Part shown: positions 42,261 through 55,367 of the stretch, in pieces
Layout of the letters: each line of letters opens with the position of its first letter
Position numbering within the stretch: the first letter of the stretch is position 1
NCBI RefSeq assembly: GCF_009914755.1
Contig: NC_060931.1
Source: the human T2T-CHM13v2.0 reference genome, Homo sapiens
Strand: one strand, 5' to 3'
DNA: 64,000 bases
Notes under the pieces: model-generated
Seen by the model: the letters and a program-made list of their open reading frames with translations, nothing else
The model's database searches: none
What the model was told of the DNA's origin: nothing
Translations under genes and position numbers: made by a program

Positions 42261-44515
42261 TAACATATTCCTGTAATATAAACATTAAAATTCAGATAAT
42301 GGTGGGAGGGAAAGTTTGATAAAATTGAATACTGTATTATCAATTTTAAAAACTTGATATATAAATATGTCTCATTGGGGTCTTTCAAAAGCTAATCATA
42401 TAGTACAAGAAAATACATAAACTGGAGTGACTCTCAGAACTAAAATGGCCTGAGCGTAAGTGAAATAGAATTTGAAGTGAGGTGAGAATTCTGCAGTCTA
42501 TTCCTGGGCTCAAAATCACATAGAAAAAAACAAAAAAAGGTTGCTTTATATTTAAAGGGACAAGGCATAGGTTCTCTTACAGGGGTTTTTAGGAAATGGT
42601 TCATCAGTTTAGTAGGTGTTAGCTTAATTGCTTTTATCGGGATACTGTTGCCCCGGTTGGGTGGATGAGCAGTCCCTAAAAAGAGAAGGAAGAGAGCAAA
42701 GACCGAAAAAGTATGAAGGAGAGGAAGGGATGGCATGGCGTAGAATGAAATGCTTTTTCATCAAAATGCAAAGATGAAGGAGATGTTTCAGAGTGCCCGG
42801 CCGTCTAGAGGGTTCTGTTTACTTTCCATTCCCGCTGTTAGGGACATAGGAGTCTGCCCTACATTAGGGAAATGGAATAGAATAAGTTTCTAGAATTCCT
42901 AAATATGGTGGAATTGGGTAGAAAAGATCAGAGGGAAGGTTGTAGGAAGGAAGGGTGGGAAAGTAAAACAACTGGCTCCTACTGTAAGGCTATTGGAGCC
43001 TCAGGCTAACAGCATCATTTTAGTACCTTGGTTGAGGTAGAAAAGGAAACGAGAGCAGAATAGCCTCATAGTCAAAGGAACACAGAAGGAGAAACCACAT
43101 TGCTGAGGAGAGTGAATTAGCTAGTAGAGGGACAGAATATAGAATTAGCTACCTCCTAAATCTTGAATTAATCTAATATGAAAAGACATTGGGAAAAATT
43201 ATAATACTCTGAAGTGTAATTATGTACCTGTTCAACTTTGAAACACCACGGAATGTTGGGAAATCCAATATCCACTAATAGTGAGCTATGTGGACGCGAG
43301 TAAATTCTGAAAGATTTTGCTATTTGGGATGTCAAGGTTTACTAAGTAACATGAAATTATTTACTTGCAGTGGGTTTTTAGAATGAAAGTTGTTTTCCCT
43401 CTCTTAAGAATACCCGAATTCACAGCTAGGATATGGAGGATTTGCCAGGAAAATGCAAACACCTGTGGCTGAAGTAGAGCCAAGCTCTCTCCCTACATTT
43501 TTTTCCAGAAAGCAGTGGTGAAGAAATAGAAAAAGAGAGAATACTCCTCTTAGATCAGAGCTAAGGTCCTGATAGCAATCACTCCTTTCTCAATGCATGG
43601 AATGGAAACTGTTAGAGCTGCACCTCTCACCATGAAGGGGTCTGGGGGCAAGGAACTCATCTCTGAGGTTTGAGAGTAGGCCTGAAAACCGGGAAGGGGG
43701 CCCCTTCTTGTCTGGAGATGATAATGATTTGGCAAAAACAATGACGGGCTCTGTGAGGCTCTACTTGTGGTAGGAAGCTTTTGGGAAGAAAGGGGTAGCC
43801 TCCTTCTATTCCACCATCCAGGAATACATTCGTTCCTACAAAGTACAAGAAGGATTCAAAGGTATACATGTGTCAAAAATCACAATGAGCACTGTAAATA
43901 TATGCAATTTTTATTCATCAACTATACCTTAATTTTAAAAATTAAGAAAAGTTCAAAGGTGTTCGAGGAGGAAGGCATTCTGGGGAATCCTAGGAAAGTC
44001 ACCTCAATGTAGGAAGAACATATTCAGGCAGAAAAGAGAGCAGTACCAGCAGCTGCTGGAAGATCTAAGAGAAGCTTGACACTCCTGGCCCCAAACACTG
44101 CCTGGCTACAACACGATATCCAGGGACAGATACCTTCCATGTACAGCAAGCTGTGGAGTGGCAAGAAAGCAAAGCACGTACCAAAAGCAGGCAGGAAGCA
44201 GAGCTGGCTGGTAAGGCTCTGAGGTTACTGCAGGAAGCAGGTGTTGCCTCTGCCTTTCACCAGCTTCTTCTGGAGAAGAACAGAGAAGGGGAAAAGAAGA
44301 AAGATGCTCCAGATACCATCTTTGGTGGAAACAGCTGCTAGCTCTAGCAATGATGACTAAGTCAATTTTGCTAAAGAGCAAAGAAGCTGTGTGTCTTGGA
44401 TTTTAAACAGCAATAGACTAGCAAAATAATCTATGATGTGAATCTGAGATTTTACACCCTAGACTCTTTTAAAATGTAGTGACTAAAAATATATACCAGT
44501 GGATAAATGAAGTCA

Positions 44516-44766
<251 letters not shown>

Positions 44767-45095
44767 CTAAGTGATAATCAAATGTGTTACACCACTTTAT
44801 ACCCTGAGATCCAAAATACATAAATATTTGACAGTTTGTACAAGACTGTATTAATAAGAAAATGTGGCACATGTATAAAGAAAGGAATCTCACAGATTAA
44901 GGAAAATGACATTGATTACAAATGTCCTCAGCCTGAGTTGGCTGTGTTGCGTTTGTACACTTCAGCCCTCTGAGCTGAAGTGGGAGTGGTTTCTCTCCTG
45001 AAAATGTTTCTGAGGCCCAAATAGCTGAAGAGGTGGAGATGTTACAGAAACCACCTGGAGCCCCCAGAACTGGCAGACACCTGCCTGATGCTGCC

Positions 45096-45568
45096 ATGGG
45101 CCCCCAGCTCCTTGGCTATGTGGTCCTTTGCCTTCTAGGAGCAGGTGAGTCCCAGAACACATAGGCAACTTTTGGCCTTATTTTGTAGGCCTCAGCCCAA
45201 GGCATCTCCTAAAGGCTTAAGCATTGGAGATCCCCTTCAGCGCTGCCTCTAACTCTGTCCCCTTCCTTTACAGGCCCCCTGGAAGCCCAAGTGACCCAGA
45301 ACCCAAGATACCTCATCACAGTGACTGGAAAGAAGTTAACAGTGACTTGTTCTCAGAATATGAACCATGAGTATATGTCCTGGTATCGACAAGACCCAGG
45401 GCTGGGCTTAAGGCAGATCTACTATTCAATGAATGTTGAGGTGACTGATAAGGGAGATGTTCCTGAAGGGTACAAAGTCTCTCGAAAAGAGAAGAGGAAT
45501 TTCCCCCTGATCCTGGAGTCGCCCAGCCCCAACCAGACCTCTCTGTACTTCTGTGCCAGCAGTTTATC
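45096..45568 (+). CDS. TRBV27: T-cell receptor beta variable 27 (leader 45096-45144, V exon 45274-45568)
   Basis: MGPQLLGYVVLCLLGAG / PLEAQVTQNPRYLITVTGKKLTVTCSQNMNHEYMSWYRQDPG...SLYFCASSL; intact splice sites. Confidence 0.97.
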
Positions 45569-45607
45569 CACAGTGTTGCACAGCCAGCTGCTCTCTGCAC
45601 AAAAACA
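45569..45607 (+). other. 23-RSS of TRBV27
   Basis: CACAGTG + 23 nt + ACAAAAACA. Confidence 0.95.
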
Positions 45608-46563
45608 GAGGGTAGCTGCAAGAACAAGGAGACTCCTCCTTCAGGAGACCCCTCACCGACCAACAGGATAAACTTCCTCCATCATCCCACAGAAGCCCTT
45701 CCCCACACGCCAGCCTCAGGGACTCTGCAATGCAGCCACTCTGTGGAACCAGGGGTCCATCCTCTACCTGCTGTACCAATGAGGTTTCAAAGTTGGGCAG
45801 GACAAGCTCACTGAGTTAGGTCTAGTGCCAGGGTACACTCTCCCATCCTTTCTTCTTGTGGAGCTTAAATCTTTAAATTCAACTAAACTGTTGCCCAAAC
45901 TGAAGACTCCATTTACAATCTAATGGGTCTCAACAATATTTGGTTCTGTATTCCAGGTCCTATTTATTCTGGAGGTTTTGTCACTTGGAGGAACACCATG
46001 TTTGGAGTTATTTATGAAACCCAGCACCTCCTATTTTCTTCCTCTCAGCAGATGGTCCAAATGCCCAAGCCAGAGATGCAAGACTGATCTTCACTCTCTC
46101 TCTGACTTTCTCCTTCCACACCAAATCCACTACCCTATCCTGCATTTTTCTAAGTACTAAATTCCTCACAAATTTTACTAACTTTTCTAATTTCACTGAT
46201 CTCACCTGGATCACTTTAGCCACCTTCCAAGTAGCCACCCTACCTGCAAGCCTGCACCTGCTCCCACCCAAAACCACTCCCTCAAGCTTAAAACCCTTTG
46301 GTTTATTTCTATTAACTAGCTAAAGTCTCAAGTTTATGTTAGTTTGCAAGTCTCTCAGCCCCTCCATGATGTGACCTTTGCATATCCCCCACCTTTCTAA
46401 CACTGACTTCCCTTATCCTTCAACTACCACAACTGCCTGCATCTACTCCAGAAACATCCCATTTCTCGCACATCCCCAAATATGTCCACTGCTGACTCAC
46501 TCCTGGGTCTTTATCTACAATGGTCACTCTACCCAGAATACCATTTCTCTCTCTGGTATTCAT

Positions 46564-46690
46564 CTGTTCTTCCAGCTGCTCTTTTTGTGCAGACTGCAGC
46601 TGGCTGTGCAGCACTGTGGATAAACTGCTGGTGCAAATGTACAGAGAGGTCTGGACTGGGCGACTCCAGGAATGGGGGAGATTCTCCTTC
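46564..46690 (-). pseudogene. Inverted partial copy of the TRBV27 3' end with intact 23-RSS
   Basis: Minus strand reads tcctggagtcgcccag..ccagacctctctgtacatttgcaccagcagtttatc CACAGTG ctgcacagccagctgcagtctgc ACAAAAAGA; ORF 46420-46692 shows QTSLYICTSSLSTVLHSQLQSAQK. Confidence 0.92.
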
Positions 46691-46821
46691 ATAGACCAAT
46701 TTAGAAGTCACTTCCTCCAAGACGATTGCCTTGAATCATTGACTGGATTATTTCTCCGCTGTGTGTTCTTCTAACAGCCTGAACAGAGCTAACACCAACA
46801 CCGAGACACCACCATGAACTC

Positions 46822-47339
46822 ACCAGCCATTGACTTCTCTGTTCTATAGCTTTTTGCCTCTTTGGAATAGGCATGTCATGGGTGCAGGTATGACGTCCTT
46901 GAACTTGGTTTGCTAGACCCTACATTAAGCCTTTTTCTGGTGGTTACACATCAGTATATTTCCTAAGTTCTCTCTTTTTAGCCACAATGTCCATGAATGC
47001 TGGTGTCACTGAAATTTCAGTTTATCAAGTTTCAGAGTCAGAATATAAAGTTCTATATTACAACCAGAATATGTTTTATGACCAATATGTGCTGAGCCAG
47101 ACAAGAGGCAGGAATGAAGCTCCAACTAATCTATTTCTCAGTTGGTGCTTGGAGTACAAACAAATAGAGAGTCTCTAATAGACCTGTGTCTCTTGAGATA
47201 AGACTGAGCATTTCTTTTTTTTAATATATATATACTTTAAGTTCTATTTCTTGCAACCTCCAGACATCCAGCCCTTCATAGACACTGCCAGCCGTTAACC
47301 CGAAGCCCTGCACAGCCACTTCCTCTCTGAACAGAAAAG
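46822..47339 (+). pseudogene. Decayed TRBV6-like V relic (leader, intron, V exon, dead RSS)
   Basis: 49-nt leader (T)SH*LLCSIAFCLFGIG with GC donor; V exon MNAGVT...NQNM...MC*ARQEAGMKLQLIYFSVGA...KTEHF; RSS CGAAGCC-23-ACAGAAAAG. Confidence 0.85.
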
Positions 47340-47493
47340 ACTGCCACAAGGGGAGAGACGGTCTTACCTTCCTGAGCCTGCCCTTGCCAGAGGAAGCCAC
47401 TGCCACCGCAGAAGCACTTAGGAGCCTTTCCCACCTCCTTGCACTGAGACTTATGGAACTCTTGAGGGCCCTAGTCTGTAAAAGTCCATCCCC

Positions 47494-47803
<310 letters not shown>

Positions 47804-49289
47804 TCACGGTGCGCCTGTGAGACAGAGCTGTCAATGTCCTCTTTCCCTTCCTTCTCATTTGCTGTTTCAATAGGGCTTCATCAGCCTGAGTTCTTTATTA
47901 GAATTGACCTGCATCAATCCAGTGCCCCCCTCATACCACCTACTAGGGAAGGCTGCATTCTACATTACGGTCTTCAGGGATCCTCTCTGGGGCCCCACAT
48001 GCTTCCCTTTTTGTTTACCTGTGTCTCGGGGCAATTTTAATCTTAGTCTTATACTTTTCATTTAAGCAGGTTAGGCTACACTATACACTTACAGATTTTG
48101 CCAGTAGAAGCTTTGAGACTTCACATCTTGTAAAATAAAAAAAAAAAATTGTACTAAAGATAACAATGTTTATGGTTGTGAAGCTTTTTTTGTAAGCAAA
48201 TAGTCTGGTGAAACTGAAGTTCAAAGGTGTTTGTGTTGGGTAGCTGTGTCAGTATGCTTGATTTATGGTAAGGCCAAGTCTGTTGGATTAGATATTAGAT
48301 ATTCACAGTAATGTCAAAACTAAGGAATATAGTCTGAATAATTACAATAACTATTTTATATTATTGCAAACAACTTAAAAACTATTGTGACTTGATTGAT
48401 TCATACTATGCATGGATACAGTTTCAAAACCTGTTTAGACCATCAGAAAGTTTTAATGAATAATGTTAGCAAAATAACCACAAGTAAAGTGTTACCGGAA
48501 AATGCAGTATAAGCATCACACTGACAGTTGTAGCTGACCCTTTTGTTTTGATCAGTGGTTCTCGATGTGTACCAAAATTACTTGGTGAGATTTCTTTTTA
48601 TTGTGGGAATAACACTTAGCATGAAATCTAACCTTTAAACAAAACTAATGTGCAATATGATATTGTTAACTCTAGGTACAATGTTGCATAGCAGATTTCT
48701 AGAATGTAATTATCTTGTATAATTGAAACTTTACACCAATTGAATGGCAGCTCAGTTCTTCCTTCTCCCATTTTCCTGGCAATTATCATTCTGTTCTCTG
48801 CTTCTCTGTGTTTGACATAATGCTAAGTGAAATGAGCCAGTCACACAAGGACAAATCTTTCATTGAAGGAGTCTTTTATCACCAAAAGTATTTAGAATTC
48901 CTGGCACTTGGTGATAATAAAAGCAAAACCATTTCACTTGGGTTTTATGATTGTTTTAAAATGCTTTGCACCCTTTATCGCTTGCACCTGGGGCTGAACA
49001 CACCTACCACCCCATTATTGATATACCACCATCTCCCCAACCCCATCAGGTAAACCTACACATGTGAGCACTCACATGAACCTACACATGTGGATTTGAA
49101 CCAGATTCAAACCCAGGCAGCATAGTTCCAAAGCCTGCCCTATTACCCAATATGCTACTTGTAGTAATTATTAAGTATATTGTATGAGAAACTAAGACTG
49201 CTCTCAATAAAATATATGTTGAGAGTGAGGAGAGACAGACAGAGAGAGAGAGAGAGAGAGAAAATGGTAAGGTTTTCCTAATCACAGTT

Positions 49290-50200
49290 GGTCAGGAAAA
49301 AAATTACCTTCACTTTCAAAGACTGAGACTCACCAGAAGGACTCATGGGACTCGGCGTGTCCTTGTACTCATAGCAAAGATGTATCACAAATATGTAGTA
49401 AGAATACTATGATCACAAGGAACAAAGACATGGTGGACTTTGGAGAAATCCATGTGAGACTTCCTTATGTTCTCTTCCATGAGAGAGCACACTCTCACCC
49501 CAACAATGAAAATGCAGCAACGTGAGAACAACCTTTCTGCCCAGGGAAGCTCATTAGAGACTCAGCACCTCCAATACTTTCAGTGGCTGGTGTTAGGTGC
49601 TGAATCGTGTCATTAAACATTCATATGTTGAAATCCCAGCCTCCAGTACTAAGAATATGACTATGTTTGGAGATAAGGATTTTACAGAGGTGGTTAAGGT
49701 TAAATGAGGTCCTCACTAATATGACTGGGATCCTTATAAGAAGAAATTAGGACACAAACATGCATAGAGGGAAGACAATGTGCAGACACAGGGGGAAGCC
49801 ATCTACAAGCCAAGGAGCGAGGCTCCACGAGAAACCAACCATGCTGACACCCCGATCTTGGATGTCTAGTCTCCAGATGTATGAGAAAATACATTTCTGT
49901 TGCTTAAATGACCTAGTCTGTGGTGACTTATGGCAGCCCTCGCAAAATAATTCAGCTGATCACATTGGCACCCTCTGCCTATCATGCAGCATAATTCCAG
50001 ACTTGACGTAAAGCAAGTGTTCAGCCTAACCCACGTGGTTTGTGCAAGCAGTCTAGACACACTAAGCCATGCTTACCAGTTACTATAGTGGGAACACTCC
50101 CAAAATTCAAGTTCGCAGATGCAAATCAAGAGCCAACCATGCAAGCAGTCCCTTCTAAGGCCAGCAGTCTCAGGCCCGCTGTGTCAACTCTTTTCTATAC
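49290..50200. mobile_element. MER77/MER21-like LTR interrupted by an MLT1 LTR (about 49590-49945)
   Basis: agaaggactcatgggactc...gcccagggaagctcattagagactcag; MLT1 motifs gttaaatgaggtc, tctacaagccaagga. Confidence 0.55.
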
Positions 50201-50317
50201 GTGCACATACACACAGTGACACTTCCATGAGCACAAGGGATGTCCTTCACTCTCTAGCACCTCTAGACCCTTTCTAGTCTAGACAATGGCTGAGGGATTA
50301 TGAGAGTGGGCCGGGAC

Positions 50318-50327
50318 AATGACATCA
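50318..50327 (+). promoter_or_regulatory. Vbeta promoter decamer (CRE-like)
   Basis: AATGACATCA about 60 nt upstream of the TRBV28 ATG. Confidence 0.7.
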
Positions 50328-50386
50328 CAGACCATCAACCCACTGCCTGGTCCTGGGAGAAGACCTATTCTTTCTTCAAAGCAGCC

Positions 50387-50867
50387 ATGGGAATCAGGCT
50401 CCTCTGTCGTGTGGCCTTTTGTTTCCTGGCTGTAGGTGAGTCCTGGGAGTTGCTGGGTCTGGGGAGTTGGTGGCAACCCCTGTCCTACTATTTTGAGGTC
50501 TTTTATACCAAGCTCTTTTCTCCTCTCCTCCTTGATGGCCTGTTTTTCACCCTTGCTTTCTGTCTCTCACAGGCCTCGTAGATGTGAAAGTAACCCAGAG
50601 CTCGAGATATCTAGTCAAAAGGACGGGAGAGAAAGTTTTTCTGGAATGTGTCCAGGATATGGACCATGAAAATATGTTCTGGTATCGACAAGACCCAGGT
50701 CTGGGGCTACGGCTGATCTATTTCTCATATGATGTTAAAATGAAAGAAAAAGGAGATATTCCTGAGGGGTACAGTGTCTCTAGAGAGAAGAAGGAGCGCT
50801 TCTCCCTGATTCTGGAGTCCGCCAGCACCAACCAGACATCTATGTACCTCTGTGCCAGCAGTTTATG
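50387..50867 (+). CDS. TRBV28: T-cell receptor beta variable 28 (leader 50387-50435, V exon 50573-50867)
   Basis: [17 protein letters not shown] / [42 protein letters not shown]...SMYLCASSL; intact splice sites. Confidence 0.97.
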
Positions 50868-50906
50868 CACAGCGCAGCACAGCTGCATCCTCTCTGCACA
50901 AAAAGA
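50868..50906 (+). other. 23-RSS of TRBV28
   Basis: CACAGCG + 23 nt + ACAAAAAGA. Confidence 0.94.
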
Positions 50907-51992
50907 GCGGACGTAAGAGAGAAGGGGCCCTAACTCAGGGCTGGTGCTGGCTCCGATGGCACATTCGTGCTAAATAGAAAAAAAGCGGCCACTAAGGAGA
51001 AACTAGCTCCATAAGCACACTTCTTTGCAAGGAGAGAATGAGGTATTATTTTTCACCCCTTTACAAGTCAGGGACTGTTCTGGATTTAATTCCCCCAGTC
51101 CGATGTGTTGTAAATTCACAAGTCCCAACAAGGAGGAAAAGTCCTCTCGCATATTCACAGTGTAACCCTGTTCTACCATTTCGTTAATCAATTTTACCTT
51201 CCCTTTTCTATCCTCGTCTCTCTTAACTGTGCATTTTCTACTTTGCTTAGTGTTTTGCTCTTGGTTGACATTTCACTAGAGGACATTAACATATTCTAAA
51301 TTCTTTCGATGATTTTTACTGTGCCTGTGCTGATTCAAGAGAAAGTTTGTGGAATTTGAATTTTGTTCATTCAATTTAGAAAGAGAAAAACTCTGATTAA
51401 AACAAATTCTTCCAGGTTCTCCGATCAATCATATTTTGCTGGAAAAAATTCTGATCACAGAAGGTTTAAACTCTGCTGCAGAAGGTGGTAGGAATTTGGT
51501 TATAACTGAACTCACAATCTTCTGGAAAAAGTGTGTATTTGTCTGTCTTTAAGAATAAAACATATGCTCTTCTGTCAGTAAAAATTAACAGTGCTTTGGA
51601 AATACAAATAAATGTAAAGGGTATTAGAAATCCCAAACTGCAGAGCACTTGCACAATTATTATTGGCAAGACAAAACAGGCATCTGAAAACGTATTTTGA
51701 TTCAGTGCTAAATTTTTGTGTGGAAGAAGTCAGAGAAAAAAATTGAATGAATGTGTATCACAATATTCAAGATTAAGTTTGTGTGAGATAGGACTTGAGC
51801 TGATTTTGAATACAAGTAAATGAGGGAAGAGAAACCATCAAAAGGAAGAAATACCCTGCAAATGTTTCTGTGAGAGAGTCTACCAGAAGGAAGAGGAAGA
51901 TTCTTTCCCTGAGGAAAGACAGGAATCACAATTCTCCTGGCTGAGGTCAACATCCAGAACAGAGAAAGCACATCTTCCCAGAATATCATTAA

Positions 51993-52673
<681 letters not shown>

Positions 52674-53132
52674 TTAAATAACAGAACACTGTATCTACAG
52701 ATTTTCATATTCAGTGAAACTTCAGGTTTTCTGAGAGTCCTACATTTTCCCACAGATTATTTATTTCTTATAGCAAGTATTGCCCAGACTCAGAAGATCA
52801 ACTGCAAGAGATGGGAACAGGTACCAGCACTTTGCGTCCATTCCCAGGGCTATGTGGGACCATTTCCAACACAGGGGTCATCACCTCAATTGAGTCCCTG
52901 GTAGAAAGAGTGCTATGCCAGACTCAGCTTCCCTTCTGGCATGGTTACCACCTGCTCCCTCCAACACAGCCTCACCTTGCTAAGAAAATGCAGCCCAGGG
53001 AGAGAGGAAGAACACATAAAAAAATGAAAATGAAAATAGGCAGAGATGGAGTATCAAACATCAAAGTGAGTAACAGAAGACATCTAAAGAGGTCAAAAGG
53101 ATTGTAGATTGGGATAGGAGGTTTGAATTTAG

Positions 53133-53485
<353 letters not shown>

Positions 53486-53667
53486 ACATAATAGACTTTT
53501 AAAGGCACATAATAGATCATGGATGTTTACCATGAGGGTACAGAGAATAATTCAGAAAATGTAAACCATTATTTCACTAAACATACATAAACATACATCA
53601 CATTAGGAGACCAACAAATTCACAGAACATAAAAATTGATACTCTAAATCTCCAAGTAAGCAATGTT

Positions 53668-54136
53668 TGTTTATCTATTTATTTATTTATTTATTTATTT
53701 TGTTTTACTTTAAGTTCAGGGATAGATGTGCAGAATGTGCAGGTTTGTTACATAGGTATACATGTGCCATGGTGGTTTGCTGCATCTATCAACCTGTCAT
53801 CTAGGTTTTAAGCCCTATAAGCATTAGCTGTTTGTCCTGATGCTCTCCCTCCCCTCGCCCCCGACCCCCAACAGGCCCTAGTGTGTGTTGTTTCCCTCCC
53901 TGTGTCCACATGTTATCACTGTTAAACTCCCATTTATGAGTGAGAACATGCGGTATTTGGTTTTCTGCTCCCATGTTAGTTTGCTGAGGATAATGGCTTC
54001 CAGCTTCATCCATGTCCCTGGAAAGGACATGATCTCATTCCTTTTTATGGCTGCATAGTATTCCATGGGGTATACATGCCACATTTTCTTCATCCAGTCT
54101 ATCATTGATAGGCATTTGGGTTGGTTCTATGTCTTT
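53668..54136 (-). mobile_element. 5'-truncated L1PA 3' end
   Basis: (TTTA)n tail, L1 3'UTR and ORF2 end; TSD taagcaatgttt. Confidence 0.92.
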
Positions 54137-55367
54137 TAAGCAATGTTTTAAATTATGTGATTTGGGAAAATATAACAAAATAAATTATTTTTTGTTGAAT
54201 GGGAGTATTAACAGGGCTCTTTGATGGGACATGGCTGGGAAGATGTCTGGCCTCTTCCTGCAGGGAACAAGGAAAATTTAGAGAAGGAGGCAATTTTTTT
54301 TTCTCTAGAGTCCACTGAGATATCACAGGTAGTTTATACATATAAAATACAGCAGCCCTGACATACAGATATTATTTTCTCCTAATTAAAAATAAATTTA
54401 AATAAGTGAAGTGTAATTAAACCTAAATTTAAATGACTTGCCTATAACCTCACAGCTGAAAAGTTAGTGGAAAGGCATGTTTCTATATTGTTTTTTAAAT
54501 AATAAGATAATTGAATCCAAGATAGGTATATTTCCATCTTCAGCTGAATGGGTCCCAAGACCAACCATTAGGTGAAAGACGTAATCCACACAGCCAGGGA
54601 ATTCTACCTTCTACCTTTGTAACAGCAAGATAGCCATAGCACCAAAGACATTTTTAATGTCTTAGCACAAGCTTCTAACACCTCCATTTTGAAGTAGAAG
54701 GATGAAGGCTTGAGAGCAGAAACTGGATCTTGTTAGTGATGGACAAGTGGACATAGTCATATTAATTGTGCGTTTTACAAGATTCTTTGATAATCACTAT
54801 TAAACCAGCTGTAGATACACTGTATCATCATTTATCTCCCATGTCACCATCATATCATAAGATTAACATTGATGACTTTGAAAATTTGCTGCTAAAATTA
54901 AATTATCTCAATTTTCCAGTATCCTCCTAACTGACCTAGCCAATTTTGTATGGCTTGAAAAATTGGGAAGTCTTCTCATCTGTGCTAGATCTTCTTCAAT
55001 TAATTTCAATTCATTAAAACAGAAATAGCAAGAAACTAAGAGTCAATGGGGTTTCTTCATCCCATCATTCCCTATAAAGGGCAGTGACAAGCACCTAGAT
55101 GTAACATAGATTTCTTCTGCCCTCTGTTGAGGGCATCAGAACTGGCTCAGTTCACTCAGACATCGGTGGCAGAAAGTTGAGGGAGATTTCCTTTATGCTT
55201 AAGCCTTCAGTAGAATAAACTGGTACCTGTTCTATCCAATGGATGCTGTCTTATTTAACTTGGGACACTGAAGGGGTACTATTCACTAATGAAAACATTA
55301 AAAAGCAGACCATAAGATATTTTAAAGAAAGAGAAAACATAATGAAGGATGTATAATCATTACATAG

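Noticed and set aside
42700-44400. Non-repeat stretch upstream of TRBV27 as another V relic
   Set aside because: No leader, WYRQ-type motif, CASS or RSS found on either strand
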